From Naegleria gruberi (Eukaryota), in NCBI GenBank assembly GCA_000004985.1, contig GG738874.1: DNA of 64,000 nt; one strand, written 5' to 3'. The position numbers were made by a program, and so were the translations under genes. Positions 31,790 to 41,672 of this stretch are shown piece by piece. Each line of letters starts with the position of its first letter. Positions within the stretch are counted from its first letter, which is position 1. The notes under the pieces were generated by a model. It searched no databases and was not told the DNA's origin. It saw only the letters and a program-made list of their open reading frames with translations.

Positions 31790-32635
31790 ATGTCCCAATT
31801 ATCTACTGATGAAACTCTTCGTATTGTTAGACATTTCCTCTTGAGTTCTCCACCTGGACAATTCGAGGATGTTCTCTTTGATATCAGAGATCTTGTTTCC
31901 AATGATCAACTCTTGAACACTGGTGCTTTTGATATCTTCCGTACTTACAATGTTGAACAATTAATTCCTGTTGAAGTACCAGAAAAAAGCTACAAGGTTA
32001 TTCTCTCTAAATACAATGAAATTTCACCAGATACATATCTTGATCCTGTTTCTGATCAAGTTCTCACTGTTGACCATGTTAAAGGTGTTGTTACTCAAGC
32101 CTCTCCAGCTAACAGTGATGTTGATAATTCATTGAAACAAAAGAAGGACAAACTCGTCAAGGCTATTCAAAAGTACGTTGAAGACCACTACCTCTCTGGT
32201 ATTTCAAGCGTATTCCCATCCCAAAGACAAGATCAAAAGGGTGAACTTATTATTTGTATTACTGCCAGCAAATTCAATGAAAAGAATTATTGGAGTGGTA
32301 GATGGAGGTCAGTCTATCGTGTCAGCTTTGTTGAAGACAAGGTTAAGCTTTCTGGTTCTATGAAGGTCAATTGTCACTATTATGAAAATGGTAACGTTCA
32401 ATTGAACACTTCAAAGGAACACGGAGAAACTGTTGATGGAGGTGATTCATTCGCTGATAATATTGTCAAGATGTTGATCAAGGCTGAAGGTAACTTCCAA
32501 ACTCAAATTGATAGCTCTTGTGCTAACTTGAACGAAACTTTCAAGAGTTTGAGACGTCCATTGCCAATGACCAAGACTTTGTTCGATTTTGCTTCTACTC
32601 AACACAAGTTGGCCAGAGAATTCGGTGGTAATTAA
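31790..32635 (+). CDS. F-actin capping protein alpha subunit
   Basis: Clear similarity to CapZ-alpha throughout the length. Matching segments include NYWSGRWRSVY, HYYENGNVQLNT and the C-terminal FKSLRRPLPMTKTLFDF. The length is 281 aa. Confidence 0.9.
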   Translation: MSQLSTDETLRIVRHFLLSSPPGQFEDVLFDIRDLVSNDQLLNTGAFDIFRTYNVEQLIPVEVPEKSYKVILSKYNEISPDTYLDPVSDQVLTVDHVKGVVTQASPANSDVDNSLKQKKDKLVKAIQKYVEDHYLSGISSVFPSQRQDQKGELIICITASKFNEKNYWSGRWRSVYRVSFVEDKVKLSGSMKVNCHYYENGNVQLNTSKEHGETVDGGDSFADNIVKMLIKAEGNFQTQIDSSCANLNETFKSLRRPLPMTKTLFDFASTQHKLAREFGGN

Positions 32636-32911
32636 TTTAATGATGTAATATTTTAGTGTGTTAAATTCTACACGGATTTGACAACAATTGTGAATTATAT
32701 TTGTATTTAATAATAAAGAAAATAATTTATTTAATTTTCTAATTTATTTCACACAACAAAAGAGTTGAATTCAACAACTGTTGTTAGTGTAAGGTGTTGA
32801 CTGAGCAAAGAGTTGGGTTGACTTGGTTCGGCTCATCATTTATAAATGTCAATAATCTAAATATGTAGATTTAATACTTTGTTGATAAATATCAAAAAAA
32901 CCTCAAAACAC

Positions 32912-33238
32912 ATGGATTCAGGATTTGTACCAACAGCTTCTCTCGATCAATTGGCAACCAATTTTCATCTCAAAGTTGGAGAAGAGGCAACGATTATTGA
33001 ACACATTTGCCCAGACGACTTTAATTTGAAAGAGCCAAAGATTTATTGTGATCATGATGATGAACAACATTTGTATGTTGATCAGCACCTTCAATTATCA
33101 GTCATCAATGAAGAAGAACACTGTAAGGAGAGGCAATTGTTCAAAAGAAAGTACAAACTCAAAGCACTGAAAAAGGGAACTTGCTTTATTAAATTTCCCA
33201 AAGATAAAAAGACAATCAAGTTTACAATTACTGAATAA
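32912..33238 (+). CDS. Hypothetical small protein
   Basis: This is a 108-aa ORF starting at the ATG at 32912 (MDSGFVPT...). No known motif was found. Confidence 0.3.
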   Translation: MDSGFVPTASLDQLATNFHLKVGEEATIIEHICPDDFNLKEPKIYCDHDDEQHLYVDQHLQLSVINEEEHCKERQLFKRKYKLKALKKGTCFIKFPKDKKTIKFTITE

Positions 33239-33309
33239 ACATGAGAAGAATTGATTCTGAGTGTGCATCAACTCCATATGTGAAGGAATGAATAATACTA
33301 ATTGTCAAT

Positions 33310-34068
33310 TTACTGTACAACATTTGGATTGTGGATATATTCCACAACTTGATCATCATTGGAATGATGGTGTTGAGTGGATTGGGAAGGAAGCACTCTA
33401 TTGTCCTTAATCTCAATTTGAGAAGAGGAATTCGGATGACTTTTCAATGGATCTTCCGCAAGAGCAATAGTAGATGGGTCAGCCGGTTTATCTGTTGAAA
33501 TAGAAATGCTGGATTCATCCTGTTGAACATGTTGTTGTTGATTCCCAACTCCTCTCATTCGTCTTGTAATGAATAACATCTTCCTCCTGAGAGCAACTGA
33601 GTAGGCTCTATATCTGTGAACAAACATTATCAATGAAATCATGAATAATGTCAAGGAAATGACCAGAAGCCAAAGTGGCCACCCATAAAGATTTGTGAAA
33701 TTTCCATGCTCAATTGACTGATTTTCCTCTCCACCACTTGTTCTAAAATTTAGCACAAATATAAAAACAACATATAAAGACAATGAGGCAACTAATAAGA
33801 AAAAGAACAAGGATAGAAAAAACGAAGCAATAATCAGAAAGTTTTTCTGTTTCCTTTCAACAGCGATTGGATCAACTAAACGACCAGCCACTGTTGTTGA
33901 GGTGGTTTGATTTTGAACTGGATCGTTATTAATGTAAACAACCACAACTTCCTGTTGTTGTGGTGGAGTAAGTTGAGGAGTATAGGCAGATGTTTGTTGT
34001 TGTGTAGGTTGAGCATTCATATTAACTGGTTGCATCATATTGTTGGTTGAAGTTTTTGTTTTTTGCAT
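33310..34068 (-). CDS. Hypothetical membrane protein with a Gln/Thr-rich N-terminus
   Basis: Two strongly hydrophobic helices are present (FLIIASFFLSLFFFLLVASLSLYVVFIFVL and LWLLVISLTLFMISLIMFV). Confidence 0.4.
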   Translation of the reverse strand: MQKTKTSTNNMMQPVNMNAQPTQQQTSAYTPQLTPPQQQEVVVVYINNDPVQNQTTSTTVAGRLVDPIAVERKQKNFLIIASFFLSLFFFLLVASLSLYVVFIFVLNFRTSGGEENQSIEHGNFTNLYGWPLWLLVISLTLFMISLIMFVHRYRAYSVALRRKMLFITRRMRGVGNQQQHVQQDESSISISTDKPADPSTIALAEDPLKSHPNSSSQIEIKDNRVLPSQSTQHHHSNDDQVVEYIHNPNVVQ

Positions 34069-34376
34069 TGGATCACTCTCAGCAATAATTGATGATAGAA
34101 AAAGAGTCAGAATTTGAGAATGGAAATTTTCAATTTTAGGAACTATTCAACATTTGAATGGGTGATAGTTGAACTCTAATCGTGTAACTTGGCTATTAGG
34201 AGGAAAAGTACAAAGTTATGTAAATGGTTGCTTCAAATTTTCAGATTATCGTCCCAATTTGGTAAAATCTCTCTTTATTACCTTTACAAAATCTTTAAAA
34301 TACCACAATATTAATCATGAGAATTAAATAATTAAATATTAAGGGAAAAATGGATTGTTGGAAAACTTGAAAAAAA

Positions 34377-35468
34377 ATGCTCAACACCATCACTAGGAGA
34401 CATTTCTCCCTCCAAAAAACAATCATCACAGGAGGATTCTCAAATTTTCATCACCATCACCAACAACAACAATTGCGAAATTATTCTCACTATAATCCCA
34501 TTCCGGACATTACCTACAAATCAGTAGAACCAGAGCAAGATGTTGCGGGATCTTCTTCAGGTAATCATCATCATCATAAATATATTGATAGTAAGAAGGT
34601 TCCTCTGATTGTGTTGCATGGTTTATTTGGGTCCTATTTGAATTTTTCTACATTTGCTAGACAATATAGTCAGAAGCATCATACCAAGGTTTATTTACTC
34701 AACTTGAGAAATCACTCGGAAAAGCAAAATCACTCAGCAGTGATGAATTTTGCAGTGATGGCTTCTGATTTGGCACATTTTGTGAATAAGCATCATATTG
34801 AGGAGTTTGATTTGTTTGGATTTAGTTTGGGAGGAAAGACATCAATGGCAGCTTGTTTGGGGAATGATTTTAAGAATCATGTTGCTAATAGAGTTAGAAA
34901 ATTGGTAGTGGGTGATATCAGCCCACTTCCTTTGCGTGATAGTGAGTGGGATATTCCAACTGTTATGAATGGATTAGTTTTACTGGATAAACAATTGGAT
35001 AGCATGACTACAAGATCGCAAGCTGATGAATTTTTAAAGAACCACGTACCTAGTCCAGAAGTTAGAAGTTTCCTCTTGAGTAATTTGAAAAAGAAGGATT
35101 CATCGAGTAGTAGAAGTGGAATTTATGATTGGAAATTTAATTTGAGTGCATTAGCTTCTAATTTACATGAAATTGCTGATTTCCCATACAAGACTGACAG
35201 CGTAATTCAAGAACTAAAGCAACTAGGAAGAGAAAATATCACTCAATTGCCTTGGACACCTTTTGAAAAGCCAACCCTTTTCATGAAGGGAGAATTGAGT
35301 CCACTCATTAATTCCAAGAGTGAGAGAACACTCAACACAATGAAAACTTTCTTCCCGAATTATGAACTATTCCAATTCGATGGATGCACTCACTGGATAC
35401 ATGCTGAAAGATATCCTCTCTTCTTTTCCAAGATGGAAGAATTTTTGAATGCTTCAAACAAAGAGTAA
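34377..35468 (+). CDS. Alpha/beta-hydrolase, ABHD11-like
   Basis: VPLIVLHGLFGS forms the oxyanion region. The GFSLGG nucleophile elbow is the GxSxG motif. A C-terminal His region (CTHWIHAE) is present. The N-terminus is His/Gln-rich and could be a presequence. Confidence 0.75.
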   Translation: MLNTITRRHFSLQKTIITGGFSNFHHHHQQQQLRNYSHYNPIPDITYKSVEPEQDVAGSSSGNHHHHKYIDSKKVPLIVLHGLFGSYLNFSTFARQYSQKHHTKVYLLNLRNHSEKQNHSAVMNFAVMASDLAHFVNKHHIEEFDLFGFSLGGKTSMAACLGNDFKNHVANRVRKLVVGDISPLPLRDSEWDIPTVMNGLVLLDKQLDSMTTRSQADEFLKNHVPSPEVRSFLLSNLKKKDSSSSRSGIYDWKFNLSALASNLHEIADFPYKTDSVIQELKQLGRENITQLPWTPFEKPTLFMKGELSPLINSKSERTLNTMKTFFPNYELFQFDGCTHWIHAERYPLFFSKMEEFLNASNKE

Positions 35469-35577
35469 AGGGATTTTGAATTTAAATACAGATTTTGTAA
35501 CCTACAAAGGAGACTTTGCAAGGTGTTTGCTAAGGGAATTAAGGTACATTGGTACAATTAACAGTAGTTGAATGCAA

Positions 35578-35650
35578 GCTGGCGTAGCTCAGTCGGTAGA
35601 GCGTTGGTCTAATAAGCCATTGGTCGCCGGTTCGATCCCGTCCGTCAGCA
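35578..35650 (+). tRNA. tRNA-Ile (anticodon AAU)
   Basis: The acceptor GCTGGCG/CGTCAGC pairs with one G-U. The D-arm is the classic GCTCAGTCGGTAGAGC. The anticodon loop CTAATAA gives AAT. The T-loop is TTCGATC. One mismatch sits at the 27-43 position of the anticodon stem and one C-T mismatch in the T-stem, so the gene could be slightly degenerate. Confidence 0.7.
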
Positions 35651-35811
35651 ACAGTTTTATTAAACTAAGTCAACCCTTTTGCCTTGCACTATGTTGATGT
35701 AAACGGATATTCTTGCGAATATGGGCACTGGAGATGTTTTGCATATTTGGTGTTTAGAATATGAAGACGGTTCAATCTTTGTAAACAACTCTGTTGCTTG
35801 ACAGTAAAAAA

Positions 35812-38800
35812 ATGCAACAACTCGAAGAGGAAGTAGACAATCAATTCCTCTTGATTCAAGGTCTTTCACACGAAGTTTGGTTTGAACACATTCTTCCCTT
35901 CCTTTCCTCCTCTTCACTTCTCTCCAGTAGACTAATCAACCGAAACTTTTCCTCCCTAATCCTCTCCTACATTATCAAATTCAAGAGTGAATTCAAAATC
36001 CAAGTTGGTTATCCGAATGTTTTGTTAGCAAAAATCGTTCAATCCCTCCTCACAAAATTACAAAATTTAAAAACCATCACCTATGAAGATTACAATCTCT
36101 TGGAGGATTTTTGTTTGACTGATCAGGGACTTTCCGAATTACATCCTCTACAATATGTGGAAAATGTTGATTTTGCAAGTTTGGGTGTCAGATCAAGTGA
36201 TGGATTGTTTATTAAAGAGTGGATCGATAGAGAGAGTCCAATATTGCAGTCACTCAGGAGATTATCTGTGAATTATGTGATAGATGATGTATGTGTGCTG
36301 TTAGATAATTTTGAAAATTTGAAATCGCTCAGGATTGTATCAGGTTGTGTGAAAATTAAATTACCTAGCCAATTAGAAGAGTTGGAAATAGTTGGGGGAA
36401 TTGAAATAGACACCTTACATCAAATAGTTCAACAATGTCCAAATTTGAAAAGATTATGTGTTAATTTATTCTCAGAATTTATTACAGAACTTAGGGATGA
36501 TTTGAAGCCACTGAAAAATTTGACTTGTCTAAGAATTGATGTTGATGATGTTGTGGTTTACAGATATGATGCAAACTTTTTTGAATCATTGAAAAGTTTT
36601 GAAAATTTGACAGAATTGCAAGTTCCGTGGCCTATTTCAGATACGAATTCAATTCCGTACAAGAATTTGAACCATTTAGGTCAACTATCACAACTAACAT
36701 CTCTCAAATTCAAAACTGTGCTTCGTTATAGAGATATTTTCCCAAAATCAATTGGAAAGGTTGTGGAAACAATTAGCTCTCTTCATTCTTTAACTAGTCT
36801 TTTTCTAGATTTTTCAGCTATTGATGTAAAAGTTAATTTTAGTCACGAATTTTTCGACAATATTCCAAAATTGCATAATCTTGAAGAGTTTACTTATGCT
36901 GATGAAGGTGGTTTTTCTGACATTTTTAATCATTTTTGTGTTACTACTTTGAAACATTTGAGTTTCAAGTCGGTTGGCCTAACTATCCAAACCGATCAAT
37001 ATTATCCTAATCTTGAATGTATTCAAATGGTAACCAATGAAATCGAAGAGGATGATTTAAATCATTTCAAAATGATTCAACAAGTTAATCTTTCAAAGGT
37101 TAAAATATTGAAAATTGGTTCAGTCAACTTGGAAACTTTGGAATTAATATCACAAATGACAAACCTGGAGGAATTATCAATAGTGAAAATGAGAAACATT
37201 TCTTCTTTCAAAACTGTTAAGCTTCCAAAATTATTGAGATACTTGGTATTAGAGGAATGCCACTATTTAACAGGAAACGAAGAAGATTTCTTTGAAAGCT
37301 TTATTGAATCATGTCCATTGCTGGAAAAAGTCGAATTTTGTACAGTTCCTTTATTGCAAGACTCGTTTGTTAAAAAGATTTGTGCTTGGATTGAAAATGG
37401 TGCTGACCATAAGAAGCTCTTCTTCTGGAAATGTGCCAGTTTGACAAATGACATGATTTACTCATTCAAAGATATCACCAAATGCAAATTTGTAATCTTT
37501 CAAGAATGCCCCCAAATTCACTATACAAGAGAAATTTCTGAGATTTTGACAAACCATGAATTTATTCAAATATTTGGAGGATTCAACAGTAATTCCCTTG
37601 ACACCACAAATACTTCCAACTATGTAATCAATGATCTGAATGTTATTAATTCACTCGAAACATTCGAAACAGTTATTAGAAACTCACTTGATTTGAAACA
37701 GCATCAAAAAGCATTCTTTCAAATGCTTACCAATATGTTTGAAGGGTGCATCTCAGAAAATACTAAAGATGAGAAACCATTATATAGGGAACTGCAGAAA
37801 TCAGAGTTTGAAACTCAATGGTTTTTCTACTATTCATTTGTGATGTGTGCAGCTTTTGCTGATAGAACAATTGATCATTGCTTTAGGAAAGCTATGGAAT
37901 TGGTTTTTACAGAATCGAACGAGAAGTTAATTAATACTCAAGAAAAGAAGAAGCTACTAATTGATTTATTAGAAGATTTGGAAGATCAACTTGAAGAGGA
38001 TACATTGAAATTTGTTATTGAGAAACTATTGGAAAATAGATATTTCGATAAGACACTGAGTGTAGGAATTGAAAGTCATGAATGGCATGAAAAATTGGTT
38101 GATTCAATGAGTGAGGAGGATATATTCCAATTGCCATATTTACACAATCTTCTCAATTTAAATACTGATCTCCTTGGAAGGATTGTTAAAAAGAGTCAAT
38201 TATTCAAAAATTGTGCATCATTCATCCAGAAATTACAAGATACTTCTATTGGACCAATTTCTGACCCCGAGAGTTTAGATATTAGAGATAGAGTTCCTGA
38301 AAGATTTAAAAACGCCTTCCTCACTGAAGTTATGGTTCCAATGGGGAAGACTGAATGGGATGAAGAACAATCAGGGGAGTCCCTTCCGTTTGAGGCATTT
38401 GGTTACAGATGGGTTCTTAAACTGTCAGAAGAAGGTGGTTGGTTGTCAATTTATTTGAGTCTTGCATCACCTATTCCAATTTCTAATGGATCTGAAACAT
38501 CTGAATATGAAACACTCACTGGAAATGATGGAAGTTCAATTGAAATTTCATTCATGTTATTGAACTTTGATAACAACCCACATACGTACTTTAGTGGAAG
38601 AAATATCTTGAGTCAATCTGAAAGGGACTACTATCTCTCTATTAGATCAAATTTGGTTCAGAAGTTTTCAGAGGATAGTTACAAATTTCTCATTGGTATG
38701 AATGCCATTTCTATTAAGGAGAAAATACCTTGCCCGTTCCTATCTTCCAAATATTCAATTCACAGGATTTCATTCCATGTTCCACTCGAATTGAAAAATT

Positions 38801-39162
38801 ATTATTACAATGAAATTAAGGTATACTCTGATCCCATAACTACATTAGGAACTAAATGGACTGTAAAATTGGAAAAGAAATTAGATAGTGGAATTTTTGG
38901 ATTATACTTAATGTTGTCATCTTTCGATTTGTATGATGAAAAATCTGCTCTCAGCAAGTGTCGTGTTTTCTTTCATTTTGCCAATAAGAATCTTCATCCT
39001 GACTCGACTCACTCTTATAGAAAAACATTCTCTGATACTAGTTCATCGGTTGGAGGACAAATTGTCAAACATCGAGAGTTATTCAAACCAATGATTATCA
39101 ATGGAGAAAGATTTGAAACATATGACATTTCACTCATTATGGAAATCAAGTCAATTTTTTAA
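35812..39162 (+). CDS. F-box/LRR protein with two C-terminal MATH (TRAF-like) domains
   Basis: The N-terminal F-box-like motif is LSHEVWFEHILPFLSSSSLLSSRLINRNF. A long LRR-like region follows. The C-terminus has two MATH-like modules (GYRWVLKLSEEGGWLSIYLSL... and GTKWTVKLEKKLDSGIFGLYLML...). The ATG at 35812 is in frame with a TTG-initiated track ORF. Confidence 0.65.
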   Translation: MQQLEEEVDNQFLLIQGLSHEVWFEHILPFLSSSSLLSSRLINRNFSSLILSYIIKFKSEFKIQVGYPNVLLAKIVQSLLTKLQNLKTITYEDYNLLEDFCLTDQGLSELHPLQYVENVDFASLGVRSSDGLFIKEWIDRESPILQSLRRLSVNYVIDDVCVLLDNFENLKSLRIVSGCVKIKLPSQLEELEIVGGIEIDTLHQIVQQCPNLKRLCVNLFSEFITELRDDLKPLKNLTCLRIDVDDVVVYRYDANFFESLKSFENLTELQVPWPISDTNSIPYKNLNHLGQLSQLTSLKFKTVLRYRDIFPKSIGKVVETISSLHSLTSLFLDFSAIDVKVNFSHEFFDNIPKLHNLEEFTYADEGGFSDIFNHFCVTTLKHLSFKSVGLTIQTDQYYPNLECIQMVTNEIEEDDLNHFKMIQQVNLSKVKILKIGSVNLETLELISQMTNLEELSIVKMRNISSFKTVKLPKLLRYLVLEECHYLTGNEEDFFESFIESCPLLEKVEFCTVPLLQDSFVKKICAWIENGADHKKLFFWKCASLTNDMIYSFKDITKCKFVIFQECPQIHYTREISEILTNHEFIQIFGGFNSNSLDTTNTSNYVINDLNVINSLETFETVIRNSLDLKQHQKAFFQMLTNMFEGCISENTKDEKPLYRELQKSEFETQWFFYYSFVMCAAFADRTIDHCFRKAMELVFTESNEKLINTQEKKKLLIDLLEDLEDQLEEDTLKFVIEKLLENRYFDKTLSVGIESHEWHEKLVDSMSEEDIFQLPYLHNLLNLNTDLLGRIVKKSQLFKNCASFIQKLQDTSIGPISDPESLDIRDRVPERFKNAFLTEVMVPMGKTEWDEEQSGESLPFEAFGYRWVLKLSEEGGWLSIYLSLASPIPISNGSETSEYETLTGNDGSSIEISFMLLNFDNNPHTYFSGRNILSQSERDYYLSIRSNLVQKFSEDSYKFLIGMNAISIKEKIPCPFLSSKYSIHRISFHVPLELKNYYYNEIKVYSDPITTLGTKWTVKLEKKLDSGIFGLYLMLSSFDLYDEKSALSKCRVFFHFANKNLHPDSTHSYRKTFSDTSSSVGGQIVKHRELFKPMIINGERFETYDISLIMEIKSIF

Positions 39163-39348
39163 ATAGAAAATTCAACATTACAATATTATTCCAATTACAA
39201 CGGTCTTTTAATAGAAACTTTTGGCCAATTCAAATTACCTATGATCAAAAATTGAGAAATGGAATAATTGATAGAAATAATTCAAATTAATCGTAAATAA
39301 TTGTATTGTAACCTCACAGCAAATCAATCTTAGAAAAAAAGCATAAAA

Positions 39349-40491
39349 ATGTCCAAAGTATATTTCTGGGGTGCGATTGGAGTGAAAGGTGTTCAATCGG
39401 ATGAACCAGCACTATTGGCCGGAGGAAAGAAGAGTTCAGTGACCTCATTGAAACCATTATTGGCTGCTGCTGAGATTGTTCAGGTGAGTGCTGGTGGAAG
39501 TTTTTGTGCCATGTTGGATTTGGAGGGAAATGTTTATTCGTTCGGGAAGGGTGCTGATCATCGATTGGGATTGGGTGATGAGAGGGATCATTTTGAGAGT
39601 CCTGCCAAGATTCCTCAACTCAAGGCTTCAATTGTTAGTGCTGGTTATAGTCATGGAATGGCTCTATTGAAGGATTGTAAGAATAAGGTAGTTTTGTGGG
39701 GTAAATTATCACCTCAACTGACTTTTATGAAACCAACAGAGAAGGTTGTTGAATTGCAAGACGATGATGATCAGATTGTTTCTCTCCGATCAGGAAATGG
39801 ATACTCTGCAGTGATTACAAAGAAGGGACATGTTTTCATGATTGGAAGAAATTCTTTTTACAAGTGTGGATTTGCTGAGAATGCTGATTTGGACTCGTTT
39901 AAACAATTGGTTATCAATGACAATGGAAATAAGTATGATACATTTAAAGATATTGATTTGGGTTATGATAGTACATTGGCAATTACTGCTACTGGAGAGG
40001 TCTTTGGTTTTGGCAGTAATAATTGTTATCAATTGGGAATTGGAAAGGTCATTAAGGTTGGAGGACACGTGCCAACTCGCTTGACCTTCTCCTCTCCGAT
40101 TAATCCAGTTCAGGTTGCTTGTTCTAGAGGTTCTGGACATCATTGTCATGGTGTTGTGTTGGATGCTGATGGAGTACTTCACTCTTTTGGATCTGGATAC
40201 AAATACAAATTAGGGACTACCACAACAGATGATCAACCAGTTCCAGTCAAGGTTGACTTTGATATTAAGGTAAAGCAAGTTATTCCAGGTGGAATTCACA
40301 ACTTCTCTCTTACTGTTGATAATGAGCTAGTCAGCTTTGGTTGTGGATCTGATGGAAGATTAGGACACGAGGAATCAAAGAACTATCGATACTTGTACAA
40401 GGAAACTGAACCAAGAAAAATCGAAGGTCTGGGAAATAAGGTAGTGCAGGCTGATTCAGATTATTATTTTGGCATTGCCATTGTAAAATAA
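39349..40491 (+). CDS. RCC1-repeat (regulator of chromosome condensation-like beta-propeller) protein
   Basis: Seven repeats carry the RCC1 signature, for example FGKGADHRLGLGDE, SAGYSHGMALLKD, FGSNNCYQLGIG and FGCGSDGRLGHEE. Confidence 0.8.
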   Translation: MSKVYFWGAIGVKGVQSDEPALLAGGKKSSVTSLKPLLAAAEIVQVSAGGSFCAMLDLEGNVYSFGKGADHRLGLGDERDHFESPAKIPQLKASIVSAGYSHGMALLKDCKNKVVLWGKLSPQLTFMKPTEKVVELQDDDDQIVSLRSGNGYSAVITKKGHVFMIGRNSFYKCGFAENADLDSFKQLVINDNGNKYDTFKDIDLGYDSTLAITATGEVFGFGSNNCYQLGIGKVIKVGGHVPTRLTFSSPINPVQVACSRGSGHHCHGVVLDADGVLHSFGSGYKYKLGTTTTDDQPVPVKVDFDIKVKQVIPGGIHNFSLTVDNELVSFGCGSDGRLGHEESKNYRYLYKETEPRKIEGLGNKVVQADSDYYFGIAIVK

Positions 40492-40546
40492 ATTTGTATT
40501 TTATTGTTCAAAGAGAATGAATTAATAATGAAAGATAATAAATAAT

Positions 40547-41422
40547 TTATTTGATTTTTCTGAAAACTGCCAAATGCTTGTTCAGTTTTTGTTCACTAGT
40601 TCTTTGACCATCTTCACTAGAGTTCATAATGAATGGAATGATTGGATCCTTATCCAATTCTTCTTGAGAGACACGTTCAAAGTATCCTTGTGGAACAATT
40701 TCGTCTTCAAAACTAGAGGCCATCCATTCACCTAATTCTTGAACATCTGTAATTGTATAAATCAAACCTCCTTTTTCTAACAAGTATGAATATTCAGGAA
40801 TGAGACATGGACTGACAATTCTTCTTCTGTGGTTCTTTTTCTTAAAGTGTGGATCTGGGAACATGAAGAAAATCTTTTTCAATTGACCTTTTTTAAAGTA
40901 ATTTGGAAGGAATTTCATAGCATTGGATCTCATTGCCCAAACGTTATGGAAATCATGTCCAGATTCCAACTTTGGTGTATCTTGTTGTGTTTCTTTGAGT
41001 GCTTTTCCTTCACGGAGAGATAAAATTCTTTGTTGTGTAAATTCTGCAACCTTCTTTCTAATTTCAACTCCGAGAATGTAGGTTTGTGGAAGAACTGGAG
41101 CAATTGATGTAATTAATCCACCATATGCACAACCCACATCAAGAATTTCCACTTTTTCTGTTTCAATATTCATCATTGGATACATTTCCTGCCAATTTAC
41201 ATCACTAGGCTTCTTAGGATAATCAAAAAAGTCATCACTCAATGGATTACAGTGGGCTCGGACTCTAACAGGGAATCTAGTCCATTGATTATTTTCTTTA
41301 CCGGCAGTCTTTTTCTTTTCCTTGTAAGTTTGTGTTCCAGGGAAGTTAGCATCACCTGTTGTTTGTTGTTCTTCAACTTCCTCTTGTGGCACGATGGCTT
41401 CACCTTCGTTGGTTCGTTTCAT
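40547..41422 (-). CDS. tRNA (guanine-N7)-methyltransferase (Trm8/METTL1/TrmB)
   Basis: RAHCNPLSD and VEILDVGCAYGGLITSIAPVLPQTYILGVEIRKKV align with the METTL1 SAM-binding core. The length is 291 aa. The gene is convergent with the RCC1 gene, with only about 55 bp between stop codons. Confidence 0.85.
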   Translation of the reverse strand: MKRTNEGEAIVPQEEVEEQQTTGDANFPGTQTYKEKKKTAGKENNQWTRFPVRVRAHCNPLSDDFFDYPKKPSDVNWQEMYPMMNIETEKVEILDVGCAYGGLITSIAPVLPQTYILGVEIRKKVAEFTQQRILSLREGKALKETQQDTPKLESGHDFHNVWAMRSNAMKFLPNYFKKGQLKKIFFMFPDPHFKKKNHRRRIVSPCLIPEYSYLLEKGGLIYTITDVQELGEWMASSFEDEIVPQGYFERVSQEELDKDPIIPFIMNSSEDGQRTSEQKLNKHLAVFRKIK

Positions 41423-41672
41423 TTTTTTCTTGTTGTTTTTTTTTGAATTTATTTTCTTTTTCTATTAAAATTTGTTTCGTGTGGTTTGTCTTCCAACTGG
41501 TAATTGCATTCACAAGACATTGAGTTTCAACTTTCATGTAAAGTTCTTGTTGTTGTATCATTTTATAAGTTAAATTGGTTCATTGTATGCGAGAGTCCTT
41601 GGATGGCCTTTGCTCAGAGAGGGAATATCTTGACGCTTTAAAATATTTCCCACCAAAAAACTACAAAAAAAA

